A stretch of DNA of 64,000 bases from an uncultured Candidatus Berkelbacteria bacterium (GTDB taxonomy: Bacteria; Patescibacteriota; UBA1384; CAILIB01), in NCBI GenBank assembly GCA_903834195.1, contig CAILIB010000020.1, forward strand, positions 14,084-78,083. Reading direction: 5' to 3'. A program made the translations under genes and the position numbers. Below the pieces are notes generated by a model that saw only the letters and a list, made by a program, of their open reading frames with translations, did not search any database and was not told the origin of the DNA. Within the stretch, counting starts at the first letter, position 1; each line of letters begins with the position of its first letter. Positions 37,908 through 47,365 of this stretch are shown here, piece by piece.

Positions 37908-38438
37908 TCACTTCTTTTCCTTGAGTAATTGCTCGATGAACCACTCAAGTATATAACCCAGGTTCTCCGGATCCGCTTTCTGAACTGCAGCTATGGCAGC
38001 AAGCGGGAAGTACTCTTGAATAAGAGGATACCCCTCGTCACCGACGTGGTCGTCGACTTCAAAAACTGGGTATCCGACACTATTCAACCCTACTTTGAAT
38101 CTAGGATCGAAGAGTGTGAGCTCGGGCGGACCCTTAAGCCCTTGATTGAAGTTGAAGTGGTAGCAACGTACCGATTCGTCGCACAGAAAGATCAGGAACA
38201 AGCCATCCACCGATGATCCGTAAATCTTGTTGAAAAAAACACACGGATTCCTGGAGTAATTTTCTGGCCCCCATTGCGCAGAAGAATAATTTCCTACTAG
38301 AGCACTTTGTGCAACTTCCGGGGTAACTTCAACACACGACTGTTTCGGAAGCTTGCGAAGCAACTTCTCAATCGGAATGACAGCATTAACCGGCTCTTTC
38401 TTCCCTGACTGACGAACCTGCAGATATAAAGACATCAC
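37908..38438 (-). CDS. Hypothetical protein inserted within the ribosomal-protein cluster
   Basis: A 176-aa ORF with coding-like composition and no recognisable motif. Confidence 0.35.
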   Translation of the reverse strand: MMSLYLQVRQSGKKEPVNAVIPIEKLLRKLPKQSCVEVTPEVAQSALVGNYSSAQWGPENYSRNPCVFFNKIYGSSVDGLFLIFLCDESVRCYHFNFNQGLKGPPELTLFDPRFKVGLNSVGYPVFEVDDHVGDEGYPLIQEYFPLAAIAAVQKADPENLGYILEWFIEQLLKEKK

Positions 38439-38611
38439 ATTTCCTTCTCCCTTAACCCAGGAAGTGGGCTCCGTTAGGAGATTATCGAATATACCACAAG
38501 TAGTTCATTATTTCAATTAGAAACGCCTTATCAGATTGACAAATCTAGTAAATAATGGTTAAATAACACATTCGAAACGAACTTTCGACAACACGTGCTT
38601 TTAGGAGAAAA

Positions 38612-39217
38612 ATGAAAAAAATCCTCACATTACCCGCCGGAAACCCAGTGGAATTTCGTTGGACAAACAGGAAGGGTGTAAAAAAACGATTCCTGATTCC
38701 TGGTTCGCTTTGGGTGACCATCGTGACTATGTTACTTATGGCACTCACCTTCGCTTATGCCAAAACCCTAACCTGGCAAATCGGAGTAGGTGTAACCCTT
38801 ATGCTTCTGATCCATGAATTAGGGCACTTATACGCTGCTAAAAAGTGTGGATACTTGGCCAGTGTGCCGATATTCATACCATACCTCGGCGCAGCTGTAA
38901 TTTGTCCTCAGATTCTAAGAAGTCGCAATGAGGCGTACGTCGGCTATTACGGACCACTATTTGCAGCGATTGCGAGTATTAATCTGCTCCTGTTCACTAT
39001 CCTGTGGCCAGGACATCACCATGACGTCGCACTCGTAAATCAGGCGAGTTTGTCAGTTAACGTTTTCAACATGATCCCACTCAGGTTTCTCGATGGTGGA
39101 CGCATACTTGCGAAAAATGCTTCGCCGCGTCGACACCATGCAGATTGGGTCAGGTGCTATGTAATCCTGACGGTGGGTCAGATTGCATTGTGGGTTATTC
39201 AAGCATTCTACTACTAA
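38612..39217 (+). CDS. Small membrane metalloprotease, M50 (site-2 protease)-like
   Basis: The motif HELGH sits within a TM helix, a downstream FLDGGRIL (LDG motif) is present, and the protein has several TM segments. Confidence 0.55.
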   Translation: MKKILTLPAGNPVEFRWTNRKGVKKRFLIPGSLWVTIVTMLLMALTFAYAKTLTWQIGVGVTLMLLIHELGHLYAAKKCGYLASVPIFIPYLGAAVICPQILRSRNEAYVGYYGPLFAAIASINLLLFTILWPGHHHDVALVNQASLSVNVFNMIPLRFLDGGRILAKNASPRRHHADWVRCYVILTVGQIALWVIQAFYY

Positions 39218-39320
39218 CCTAACTAAAGCACGTGGTATTGAGTCGGTCCAAATGTATTGGGCCGGCTTTTTTTGTATACCAAAAACCCCGCCTTGCAGCG
39301 GGGTTTTCTCTCGATTCAGT

Positions 39321-40274
39321 TTAGAGCTGAACTTTTACACCAGGTCCCATTGTAGGAGCGAGTGAAACTGAAACTACCTTACCACCTTGGAGAATTGACT
39401 CCATAGTGCGGAAATTTTCAGCAATTTGCTCAGTCTTGAACGAAATTCGGCCAAGTGACATGTGAAGAACACCAGTTTTATCGGTACGATATTCAACACG
39501 TCCACCACTGATTTCTTTTGTAACTTTCTCGATATCTTCTGTAACTGTACCAGCTTTAGGAGATGGCATCAGACCTTTAGGACCAAGAAGCTTAGCAAAC
39601 TTAGCAAGCTTTGGCATTTGAGCAGGAGTTGCAATCAGAACGTCAAAGTCGAGCTTACCTGCAGCAATTGCTTCAATAGTTGCATCATCAGCAACAGCAA
39701 CTTTCTTAGTTTTACCTGTTCCGTGTGGAAGAACGATTGTTCCGCGAACACCTTCAACCTTAAGCTTTGCATGAAGTTCGATGGTACCATCAAACTTTGT
39801 AGTTGATGTCTTCTTTACAAGCTCAATCGCTTCTTCAAGTGGATACTGCTTGTTGCGTTCAACTAGAGCAACAACCTGACGATACTTCTTGCCGCGAAGA
39901 CGGAGTGGGTCAAGTTTCTTGGTTGAAACAGGCTCAGCAGTCTTACCTTCAGATACGCGCTTTGCAGCTGCTTTCTTAGCCTTTTCTGAAGTACTCTCAC
40001 GATTCTTGTGCTTTTTTTCACCTTCTTCTGCAACGATTTCAGCATCAAGCTCAGCAACATCTGCCTCAAGAGCTTCTTCTTCGTCAGTTACCAAAACCTG
40101 CTCGTCAGCTTCTAGCGCTGTAGCATTGTCGGTGTTCATAGCAGACATTTCTGCAGGAATAACATCGTCGGTATCGGTAATTTCGTCCATTACCTCATCC
40201 ATTGATGTGTTCTCTTCTAAATTCTGGTGAAGTGCGTCATGCAGTTCACTTGGGTCAAGTACTTCTTTGTCCAT
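39321..40274 (-). CDS. rplA: 50S ribosomal protein L1 with ~90-aa acidic N-terminal extension
   Basis: The C-terminal 230 aa match L1 ([14 protein letters not shown]...[14 protein letters not shown]...[19 protein letters not shown]). The start is set at ATG 40274, which is preceded by GGAGGT. The ORF-track start at 40340 is a TTG and would cover the leader hairpin. Confidence 0.8.
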   Translation of the reverse strand: MDKEVLDPSELHDALHQNLEENTSMDEVMDEITDTDDVIPAEMSAMNTDNATALEADEQVLVTDEEEALEADVAELDAEIVAEEGEKKHKNRESTSEKAKKAAAKRVSEGKTAEPVSTKKLDPLRLRGKKYRQVVALVERNKQYPLEEAIELVKKTSTTKFDGTIELHAKLKVEGVRGTIVLPHGTGKTKKVAVADDATIEAIAAGKLDFDVLIATPAQMPKLAKFAKLLGPKGLMPSPKAGTVTEDIEKVTKEISGGRVEYRTDKTGVLHMSLGRISFKTEQIAENFRTMESILQGGKVVSVSLAPTMGPGVKVQL

Positions 40275-40325
40275 TGGACCTCCGGTGGTAGTAACGCTCA
40301 GATTCTGAGCTCCCACAATTACGTT

Positions 40326-40390
40326 GATATACCTCTTCAAAACGCTGCCCGACGACGCGGTAAGAGTTGAGGGTTTTGAAGAGGTATATC
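40326..40390 (-). promoter_or_regulatory. Structured rplA 5' leader: 18-bp perfect inverted repeat (GATATACCTCTTCAAAAC / GTTTTGAAGAGGTATATC) around a 29-nt loop
   Basis: The perfect inverted repeat spans 40326-40343 and 40373-40390. The loop carries CCTCAACTCTTAC (mRNA sense). A second small hairpin, GCTCAGAATCTGAGC, lies between this element and the SD. It is a candidate L1 autoregulatory site. Confidence 0.45.
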
Positions 40391-40409
40391 AACTTCTTCT
40401 AATAAATTG

Positions 40410-40988
40410 TTATAAGTGGAACGTTTCAGTAGAAATCGTTCCGTATTTCAGCCACTCTACCAGGTTTGGCACGAGTTTGTCAATCACTACATCAACGGTT
40501 TTTGTGTCATGAGCAGGCATACGTTGCAGTACATAGTCCTCAAGTGCAGGTAAATGTGCAGCAAGTTCTGCTTTTTGCTCATATAACCCCACTCCAACCC
40601 GTACCCGCCAGAAATCATCTGGCCCTAGTGCTGTAATAATTGATTTCCAGCCATTATGACCCCCATCCCCGCCGGACTGGCGAATACGTACGCTTCCAGG
40701 AGCAACATACACATCGTCAGCCACTATACAGAGCTGCTCAGGCTTTAAATCATAATAATCAGCCAGAGTACGTATCGGCTTTCCCGAGTTATTCATAAAC
40801 TGCTGTGGCTTCACCAGAAAACACTTCTCACCTTCAATATTGGTTTCAATTACCAAACTATCATGGAGGCGCTTCCACGTTTTCTCACCTAAGGACGTAG
40901 CAACTGCATCTAAACAGGCAAAACCGATGTTATGCCGCGTTTTATCGTACTGTTCCCCTGGATTACCCAGGCCGATCAGCGCACGCAT
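40410..40988 (-). CDS. pth: Peptidyl-tRNA hydrolase
   Basis: The N-terminus MRALIGLGNPGEQYDKTRHNIGF and the block HNGWKSI are present. Confidence 0.85.
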   Translation of the reverse strand: MRALIGLGNPGEQYDKTRHNIGFACLDAVATSLGEKTWKRLHDSLVIETNIEGEKCFLVKPQQFMNNSGKPIRTLADYYDLKPEQLCIVADDVYVAPGSVRIRQSGGDGGHNGWKSIITALGPDDFWRVRVGVGLYEQKAELAAHLPALEDYVLQRMPAHDTKTVDVVIDKLVPNLVEWLKYGTISTETFHL

Positions 40989-40989
40989 C

Positions 40990-41310
40990 CTACAACCCTA
41001 GGCCAGCTGGTAGATTCAAATCTCCCGCAATTTTCTTCATTTGCTCTGTAGCAACTGCTTGCGCCTTTGAAATAGCTTGTCCTGTTACATTCAGGATAGC
41101 CTTTTCAAGTTCACGCTTCTTGTCTGGCTCTAACCAGCTCTCGTCGATTTTAATATCGATCATGCGCTGCTCACCATTGAACACAACTGTAATTAAGCCA
41201 TCGGTTGAAGAGGCTTCAATTTCGGTTTCTTTTAGCTCTTTCTGCAAGGCGCGCGCCTTCTTTACCATTGAGTACGTATCTTTGGCTTTGGAAAATGGAT
41301 TCTGTGACAT
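40990..41310 (-). CDS. ybaB: Nucleoid-associated protein YbaB/EbfC family
   Basis: A 106-aa protein with ...GLITVVFNGEQRMIDIKIDES...LEKAILNVTGQA... that ends ...LPAGLGL. Confidence 0.7.
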   Translation of the reverse strand: MSQNPFSKAKDTYSMVKKARALQKELKETEIEASSTDGLITVVFNGEQRMIDIKIDESWLEPDKKRELEKAILNVTGQAISKAQAVATEQMKKIAGDLNLPAGLGL

Positions 41311-41319
41311 ATTCTTGGA

Positions 41320-42405
41320 TTACTGTTCGGCTAGATAAATTAATTCAGATTCGATGAACGGAGCAAGTTCACCATCAAGGACGGCTGAGATATTCGCGGT
41401 TTCATAATTTGTGCGATGATCTTTCACCATCTGGTACGGTTGCATTACGTAGGAACGAATCTGATTTCCCCACGTCCCCTCTTTAAACTCCCCTTTTAGT
41501 CTAGCAACTTCCTCAGCATTTTTCAGCTCTTGCAGACGTGCTAACTTAGATTGCAGTATTTTCAGTGCTGTAGCCTTATTTTGCACCTGACTGCGCTCGT
41601 TTTGAATAGCTACAACAATTCCGGTTGGAAGGTGAGTTATACGAACTGCAGAATCTGTAGTATTAACATGCTGACCGCCTGCTCCACCCGATCGATACAC
41701 GTCTATCCGCAAATCAGATTCAGGAATGACAGCTTCTTTACTTGCCTCAGCTTCTGGAATTACTTCAACTAACGCAAAGCTCGTTTGGCGCAGGTTTTTA
41801 GCATTAAACGGCGAAAGACGAACAAGTCGGTGTACGCCGGCCTCTCCTTTCAACAACCCAAACGCCATCCGCCCCTTTACCTCAATGGTGACAGATTTTA
41901 CTCCAGCTTCTTCACCTTGATTACGGTCGAGAATAGTGGCTGACCAACTTGAGCGATCAAACGAGAGTGTACGATCTTGAACTTCTTCAGTTTTCCCCTG
42001 CTCAACATAGCGCAGAAACATACGTTCGAGAATTTGCGCCCAATCTTGTGCATCTACGCCACCAGTTCCAGCGTGAATGGTAAGCACTGCATTTGCACTA
42101 TCCTGACGATGAGATAGTAGTGCCTGACGCTCAAGGTTTTTCACTTCTTCCTCAATTGCAGTAAGTTCCTCCTGATTTGCATCTGTACTTAACTCAATGA
42201 GAATTTGGAGATCGTCCCAATCTGAGAGAAGTTTTTCGGTACTAGAAATCTCAGCCATCACTGCAACTGCTTGCTCTTGTTCTGACCAAAAATCGGAAGC
42301 TTCAGAAATAGTTCGCAACTCAGTAAGACGGGTTCGCTTTTGCTCGATTTGTAGAATAGTTGTGAGTGGCTCAATACGCGCACTCAACTCTGAAATAGTT
42401 GGCAT
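41320..42405 (-). CDS. prfB: Peptide chain release factor 2
   Basis: The GGQ motif (GGAGGQHVNTTDSAVRITH) and the SPF tripeptide (RLSPFNAKN) are both present. The ORF is full-length in one frame, with no programmed +1 frameshift site. Confidence 0.85.
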   Translation of the reverse strand: MPTISELSARIEPLTTILQIEQKRTRLTELRTISEASDFWSEQEQAVAVMAEISSTEKLLSDWDDLQILIELSTDANQEELTAIEEEVKNLERQALLSHRQDSANAVLTIHAGTGGVDAQDWAQILERMFLRYVEQGKTEEVQDRTLSFDRSSWSATILDRNQGEEAGVKSVTIEVKGRMAFGLLKGEAGVHRLVRLSPFNAKNLRQTSFALVEVIPEAEASKEAVIPESDLRIDVYRSGGAGGQHVNTTDSAVRITHLPTGIVVAIQNERSQVQNKATALKILQSKLARLQELKNAEEVARLKGEFKEGTWGNQIRSYVMQPYQMVKDHRTNYETANISAVLDGELAPFIESELIYLAEQ

Positions 42406-42467
42406 ATTGGCACTGTATCAGAAAAAGAGCTCCCGGAGGAGCTCTTATTTCTTTTTACAACTATCTT

Positions 42468-44600
42468 TTACAAGATGTCGAGATTGCGGAGACGATTATG
42501 TAAGCGCTTCTTGAGAAGGTACCAACGAGTACCGTAACCAGCACCAGATAGACCCATTAGTCCAACGAGACCAAGCTCGGCTTCAGGACCAGTGTGTGGT
42601 AACTGAATTGGAGGGGTAGGTGTTGTAGTTGGAGGTGTTGGAGTAGGCTTTACTGAACATGCAAGTTCAGTTGCTTTTGCAGTATCACTTACTGTTGGAA
42701 CCTGATCACCAGATGCGTATGCAGTATTTACGATACTCAAGTTTGATGTAAGACATGCGTTAACCGATGCCTTAAAGACAACTGTTTTACCAAGACCAGG
42801 AGCAAGATCAGTTAAGATAAATCCTTGACCAAGAAATGCATTTTGATCAGTAATTGGCTGCACTTCATCATCAATCGTAAGACTATTCGAGATGTAGGTA
42901 ATCCCGGCTGGAATTACATCATGAAGAATCGGATTGGTAATTGTTGCGTTACCGTTGTTAAGAACTGTAATACGGTAGGTAAGAACCTGACCAGCAGTTA
43001 CATTTCCAGCATCATTTACATATGTACCATTCTCAACTTTTACATCCTTTTGGATGATCAGACCTTTAGTACAGCTGAAGATTACATCAGCATTGTCACG
43101 AGCCTGGAGTTTACCTTGGTAATACACTTCAGCCCAGTTTGAGAGTAGTGAAGGAAGATTACAGTTGCCTGTTACTTCAGCATTGAAAATGATTTCTTTG
43201 CTACCAGTACTTCCGTGAGTCATGCTTGCAATGGTATATCCATTGTTCACGATTGAATTATCAGCAACTGGAACACCATTTACCGTAAGACCACCCTTGT
43301 AGATGATACCTGCAGGAAGTAAATCCTTAATGGTTACATTCTGAGCGTCATCAGTACCTGTATCTTGTACGGTAATACGATAGTTCAAAATATCACCAGG
43401 AGCAGCGCTTCCCAAACGTTGGTCGTACCACATTTGAGTTTGATCCTTACGAACTTCTTTCACAATTGAGAAAGAAACCGTGTGGATATGCTGATTTAAG
43501 ATTGTAACAGTCACACAGTTTGTAGGAGTTGAAAGTCCAACGAAACTTGATACTGCACAGTTCTGTAAATTGGTTGAATCTGCAGGAAACTTGGTAGTAT
43601 CTGCAACTTTAACCTGGAACATGAGGTAGAGTGCTGAAGAAGGTGTAGGAGCCATGTCTTCAAAAGCCCATGTAATCTTATTACCATCAAACACTGAACG
43701 ACTATCGAGTAAGTTCACGCGGTAATCGGCGTTGTTACGCTTAATAACGATGAATGAACTATTTGGAATGTAGGTAAAGCGCGGGTCAAGCGCATCAGTA
43801 ATCTGAGGAGCAAGACCAGTTGCTGTACCAGTGTTCTGTAAGAAAATCTTATAATCAATAATGTCGCCTGGACGAGCTGTTGCGGTTGTACCGAAGTCAG
43901 CCTGACCATTGTCGAGCATTACGCGCTTATTAGTATTGATCTGAGCAGAACCGCCCTCGATCCGAACTTGGATCTGAACAGCTTGTGCATAGGTCCAACA
44001 CCCTTGTTGATCACCAAGATTAATACCATTGGTAGTAATATCGTCACCATTTACGCCGGTTGGGAAGGATTGCTGAGCAACGAGCTTAACAAGATTTCCG
44101 TTTGCATCTACTTTCGTAGTGTAGTAGGTAGCAGAACCTTGCACGTAGGTAAGAGCAGATGGCTTTGTAGCATCTACTTCTACTACTCCTCGTACTGATG
44201 CTGCATTGTCTGCCGAAACAGTACCAGTTGGATGGAATACTGTAGCAGTACCCGAACCAAGGTCAATTTTGAGACGAACATTATGGGCAACAGAGTGGAG
44301 AATACTGTTGTGGTCCCAAATGAGGAAGTTAACTACATCACCTTGTTGTGCAGTAATATGATTACCCCACGCCTGACCTGGAGCAGCAACCTGAAAAGTT
44401 GGGAGCTCGCCGGTTGGCGCACTGTTAAACTGAGGAGCATCAGCAGATGCGCTCATTGGTGATGAAATTGCGAAGATAGCCAGTGCGGAAAGTCCGACAG
44501 CTGCCTTAGCGGTTTTCGTAAATGTTTTGCGAAGAAGAGTTGTAATCTTCATGCGAATGTAGTTAATAACGTATACAAGTTGAATACTCGTTTGTACCAT
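42468..44600 (-). CDS. LPXTG-anchored surface protein with repeated beta-domains (DUF11-like)
   Basis: An N-terminal signal peptide is followed by repeated Ig-like segments (…VLTYRITV.NNG…) and a TPTPPTTTPTPP linker. The C-terminus has LPHTG, a hydrophobic helix and KKR, which is a classic sortase sorting signal. Confidence 0.7.
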   Translation of the reverse strand: MVQTSIQLVYVINYIRMKITTLLRKTFTKTAKAAVGLSALAIFAISSPMSASADAPQFNSAPTGELPTFQVAAPGQAWGNHITAQQGDVVNFLIWDHNSILHSVAHNVRLKIDLGSGTATVFHPTGTVSADNAASVRGVVEVDATKPSALTYVQGSATYYTTKVDANGNLVKLVAQQSFPTGVNGDDITTNGINLGDQQGCWTYAQAVQIQVRIEGGSAQINTNKRVMLDNGQADFGTTATARPGDIIDYKIFLQNTGTATGLAPQITDALDPRFTYIPNSSFIVIKRNNADYRVNLLDSRSVFDGNKITWAFEDMAPTPSSALYLMFQVKVADTTKFPADSTNLQNCAVSSFVGLSTPTNCVTVTILNQHIHTVSFSIVKEVRKDQTQMWYDQRLGSAAPGDILNYRITVQDTGTDDAQNVTIKDLLPAGIIYKGGLTVNGVPVADNSIVNNGYTIASMTHGSTGSKEIIFNAEVTGNCNLPSLLSNWAEVYYQGKLQARDNADVIFSCTKGLIIQKDVKVENGTYVNDAGNVTAGQVLTYRITVLNNGNATITNPILHDVIPAGITYISNSLTIDDEVQPITDQNAFLGQGFILTDLAPGLGKTVVFKASVNACLTSNLSIVNTAYASGDQVPTVSDTAKATELACSVKPTPTPPTTTPTPPIQLPHTGPEAELGLVGLMGLSGAGYGTRWYLLKKRLHNRLRNLDIL

Positions 44601-44645
44601 TTATAGCAAGATTTGTCAATAGATTATTAGATTCAGGAGCATATT

Positions 44646-44690
44646 TTCTACAAAAAAAGTCCCCCCGTACACATGGCACGGAGGGCTTAG
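44646..44690 (-). terminator. Terminator hairpin + T7 run (minus strand) after the secreted-protein gene pair
   Basis: The minus strand reads CCCTCCGTGCCATGTGTACGGGGGG followed by ACTTTTTTTG. Confidence 0.55.
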
Positions 44691-44710
44691 GGATTTCTCC
44701 CGACGAGTTG

Positions 44711-45736
44711 TCACCCACGTCGCGTGGGTTTTGGTTGATTGTATTGTCCGGTACCGTTCCCGACGGTGAGGCCGGGAATATCCCCAGAATTGAATCTTTC
44801 CCAGTTATTGGGACCAGTTTCATTCGGGAGGATTGGTACTTTGACCGGCATTGAGTCCGGCGGGATGACTACCCCTGTGGGGCAGTACCCATAGGTCGGA
44901 ACACCCTGGGAGTTGCAACCGTACGAGTTAAAGCACAGGTAGATCATGTCTTGCGAGAAGACACGCTCAGTTGAAGGAATCGAGTCGTACGACCATTTTC
45001 CAACCGGAAGATTAGGATAAAGTGTCGGTACTGCACAAGGCAACTTAGCAACGTACCGTGCTTCAGGTTTAGCCTCAGCTTCCAGGGTTAACCCTTCTGC
45101 TGATGCTTCCAACTGTTGCACGTTAATTGCAGCACTGTCCGGCAACGTGATCACCACCTCTCTTCGCCCGAAGGTGAAGTAAGGGTTGAAACATTGCGGG
45201 TCAGCGATAATGCCGTCGATGAAGATGATATCGTACTTCGACGTTCCATCCCCGAGAGCCACCTTCAAGATGATTGTTCGCACTGGCTTTGGAAGCCGGA
45301 GCATCGAATCATCCTGGTAGGTCCACCCATCGGTGTACCCCCAAACTCCGGTTTTACTGGAGTAAGAGGTACCCATGGGGCCGTAAACAGCGAAGTCCTC
45401 GGTGCCCTGCTGGCACAGAATTACTTCACCGTTCCAGAAATACTTATACAGCTTTCCGTCGGGTGTGTATTTTCTGTGGTAATGACGAGCATAAACCCCT
45501 GGGGAAAGTGACTTCCCATAAAGCTTTTGTGCCTCCTCATTTGTGAGACGAGGAGCTAACGCCTTATTGAACCTGGGAGAGAGTGGATTATCCACAATAC
45601 ACTCCCATTTCAGATCACTACCCGGGACAGAGAATGTCTGTCCGAGGAGTGTATCAGGATTCTTGTCTGGGGCCGCCGAGATCGCCAAGGGCGAAAACGC
45701 GACCACTAGTGCCAAAAACTTGAGCGACCAAGTCAT
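44711..45736 (-). CDS. Secreted hypothetical protein (signal peptide), GC-shifted island gene 2
   Basis: The signal peptide is MTWSLKFLALVVAFSPLAISA. The start is set at ATG 45736, giving a 4-nt overlap with the upstream gene. GC content is higher than in the surrounding genome. Confidence 0.45.
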   Translation of the reverse strand: MTWSLKFLALVVAFSPLAISAAPDKNPDTLLGQTFSVPGSDLKWECIVDNPLSPRFNKALAPRLTNEEAQKLYGKSLSPGVYARHYHRKYTPDGKLYKYFWNGEVILCQQGTEDFAVYGPMGTSYSSKTGVWGYTDGWTYQDDSMLRLPKPVRTIILKVALGDGTSKYDIIFIDGIIADPQCFNPYFTFGRREVVITLPDSAAINVQQLEASAEGLTLEAEAKPEARYVAKLPCAVPTLYPNLPVGKWSYDSIPSTERVFSQDMIYLCFNSYGCNSQGVPTYGYCPTGVVIPPDSMPVKVPILPNETGPNNWERFNSGDIPGLTVGNGTGQYNQPKPTRRG

Positions 45737-46947
45737 TTTACGCTCTCCTTGCCGATCTCTCGACCTTCGCAATCATAAGAAACCGTGCCTGTGCGACCGT
45801 ACCGGTCAGACCACGAAATCGTGAACTTCGCACGAAGTGCGTAGTTCACTTTAACATAGTCACCCGGTTTTACCCGGGTTGTAAGTTCGTTCGAGTTTCT
45901 GCCAGCGAAATTCCGTTCGGCTACCAGAGAGATCTCAAGGACGTATCCCAGCTTGTCGTTTTGAATGACAAAGTAGTTTTCGTCCTTTCTGATAATCTCA
46001 AATCGTCGGTTAGGCATGGCCATCTCTGTTACGAAATGGCGATACTTCGACGGTTTTACATCGACGGGAGGCTTTCGATCTTCTGGCTTTTTATCACCAT
46101 CCTGATCGAAGTGTTTCCGGGGGTCGATTACGTCGCCGCCAACATCTTCTTGGTTCTGCTTAGAAGGTTCTCTCTGTGCTCGCGCAAGTGCCTCTTCAGC
46201 ACTTTTTCGCTTTGCAATTTCGAGGTCAAGCTGTCGTTGCAGCTCATTGTGCTGAGATGTTTCAGTAGTTAACTGTCCCATATCCGCATCAACTGCATTA
46301 ATAACAGATTGAGGAGTCTCCAACACCGGTATATGGTGCTGGTTAACCCACTCATTAAGCCGCTGGTACCATGAATAAAGTCGCTCTTTCGAAGCTTCGT
46401 TCGGCCATGGATATGTGGTCATAAGCAGGAACGTATCCTTACTTGTTGATCCAGAACCATCCTTTGCAAAGGTCGGACCAAGTCCGAAAATCTTCACATC
46501 AGTATAGTCCCGACCAGTTTTGTAATCCCAGATCGTAGCAAAGGCTGCGACTTTTTGGAGGATTTTTGTGTCATCGAGCGAAAGCTCAACGTACAATCCC
46601 CCGTCCGTGTCGTGATTAAGTGGAAGTTTTACTCCGGCGAACCGAACGTAGAATTTCCCTTCCTCTGCCTTACCAAGCGCATCTTTTTTGCGCCTGTCTA
46701 CAATGCCATCGAGATAGCATCGCAACTTACCAGCTTTGAATCCCCTCGGAACGAAGGGAAATACCATCTGGTCAGGCCCAAGAGGAATCAGGTCAACATC
46801 GTTGACGCGAACCGTTGGGACATTGAGGATAGTTCCGTTCCCTGCCGTTGTACGGTGGGTGACGGAAGCCTGGGACATGACCGTTGCAGGGAGAATCCCT
46901 ACGCCGATCATGGCCAGAGTGACGAGGAGGGTGTTTCGAAAAATCAT
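45733..46947 (-). CDS. Secreted hypothetical protein (signal peptide, central coiled coil), GC-shifted island gene 1
   Basis: The signal/TM MIFRNTLLVTLAMIGVGILPATVMSQA and a coiled-coil segment ELQRQLDLEIAKRKSAEEALARAQ are present, with no recognisable enzymatic motif. Confidence 0.45.
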   Translation of the reverse strand: MIFRNTLLVTLAMIGVGILPATVMSQASVTHRTTAGNGTILNVPTVRVNDVDLIPLGPDQMVFPFVPRGFKAGKLRCYLDGIVDRRKKDALGKAEEGKFYVRFAGVKLPLNHDTDGGLYVELSLDDTKILQKVAAFATIWDYKTGRDYTDVKIFGLGPTFAKDGSGSTSKDTFLLMTTYPWPNEASKERLYSWYQRLNEWVNQHHIPVLETPQSVINAVDADMGQLTTETSQHNELQRQLDLEIAKRKSAEEALARAQREPSKQNQEDVGGDVIDPRKHFDQDGDKKPEDRKPPVDVKPSKYRHFVTEMAMPNRRFEIIRKDENYFVIQNDKLGYVLEISLVAERNFAGRNSNELTTRVKPGDYVKVNYALRAKFTISWSDRYGRTGTVSYDCEGREIGKESVK

Positions 46948-47365
46948 CAGGATCTCCTTGCAGTATCGAGAAAAAGTCGTGTGACAGTCAAATCGTAAAA
47001 TACAACCAACTTGTCAAATGTCGAGAGAAATTTTCGGGCGAACCGTACAACATTGTACGGTTTCCCTTGTAAAGCTGTGTGCCTTGCAAGGAAAACCGTG
47101 GGCCCTAAATAACGAAAAGCGCTTTTTCTCAGCGATCCAGCCAGGATTAGGGCGCGATCACAGAGACAAATGGAGGAAATGGCATAGAGCCTAAAAGACC
47201 ACTTGGTTGAGTACTGTGAAACAATCATCCACAAATCCCAGCCAGGTCGCTGGTAAAAAGCGCTTCGTTTCTTTTGTATTGAACATCGAGAGTGTTTTTC
47301 ACCGCTCGAATAAGGCAGTCTATAACAGAAAATAAAATTTGTCAAGAGATATTGGCCTCTAGAGC

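Noticed and set aside
41320-42405. Programmed +1 frameshift site expected in prfB
   Set aside because: The RF2 ORF is continuous, at 361 aa from a single ATG. No in-frame early UGA or CUU UGA slippery context was seen. This organism apparently uses an unframeshifted prfB.
46947-47345. 132-aa minus-strand ORF in the non-coding region upstream of the secreted-protein island
   Set aside because: The translation is R/S/C/F/L-rich with no motif. The region is full of palindromes and looks like promoter or regulatory DNA, so it is treated as non-coding.
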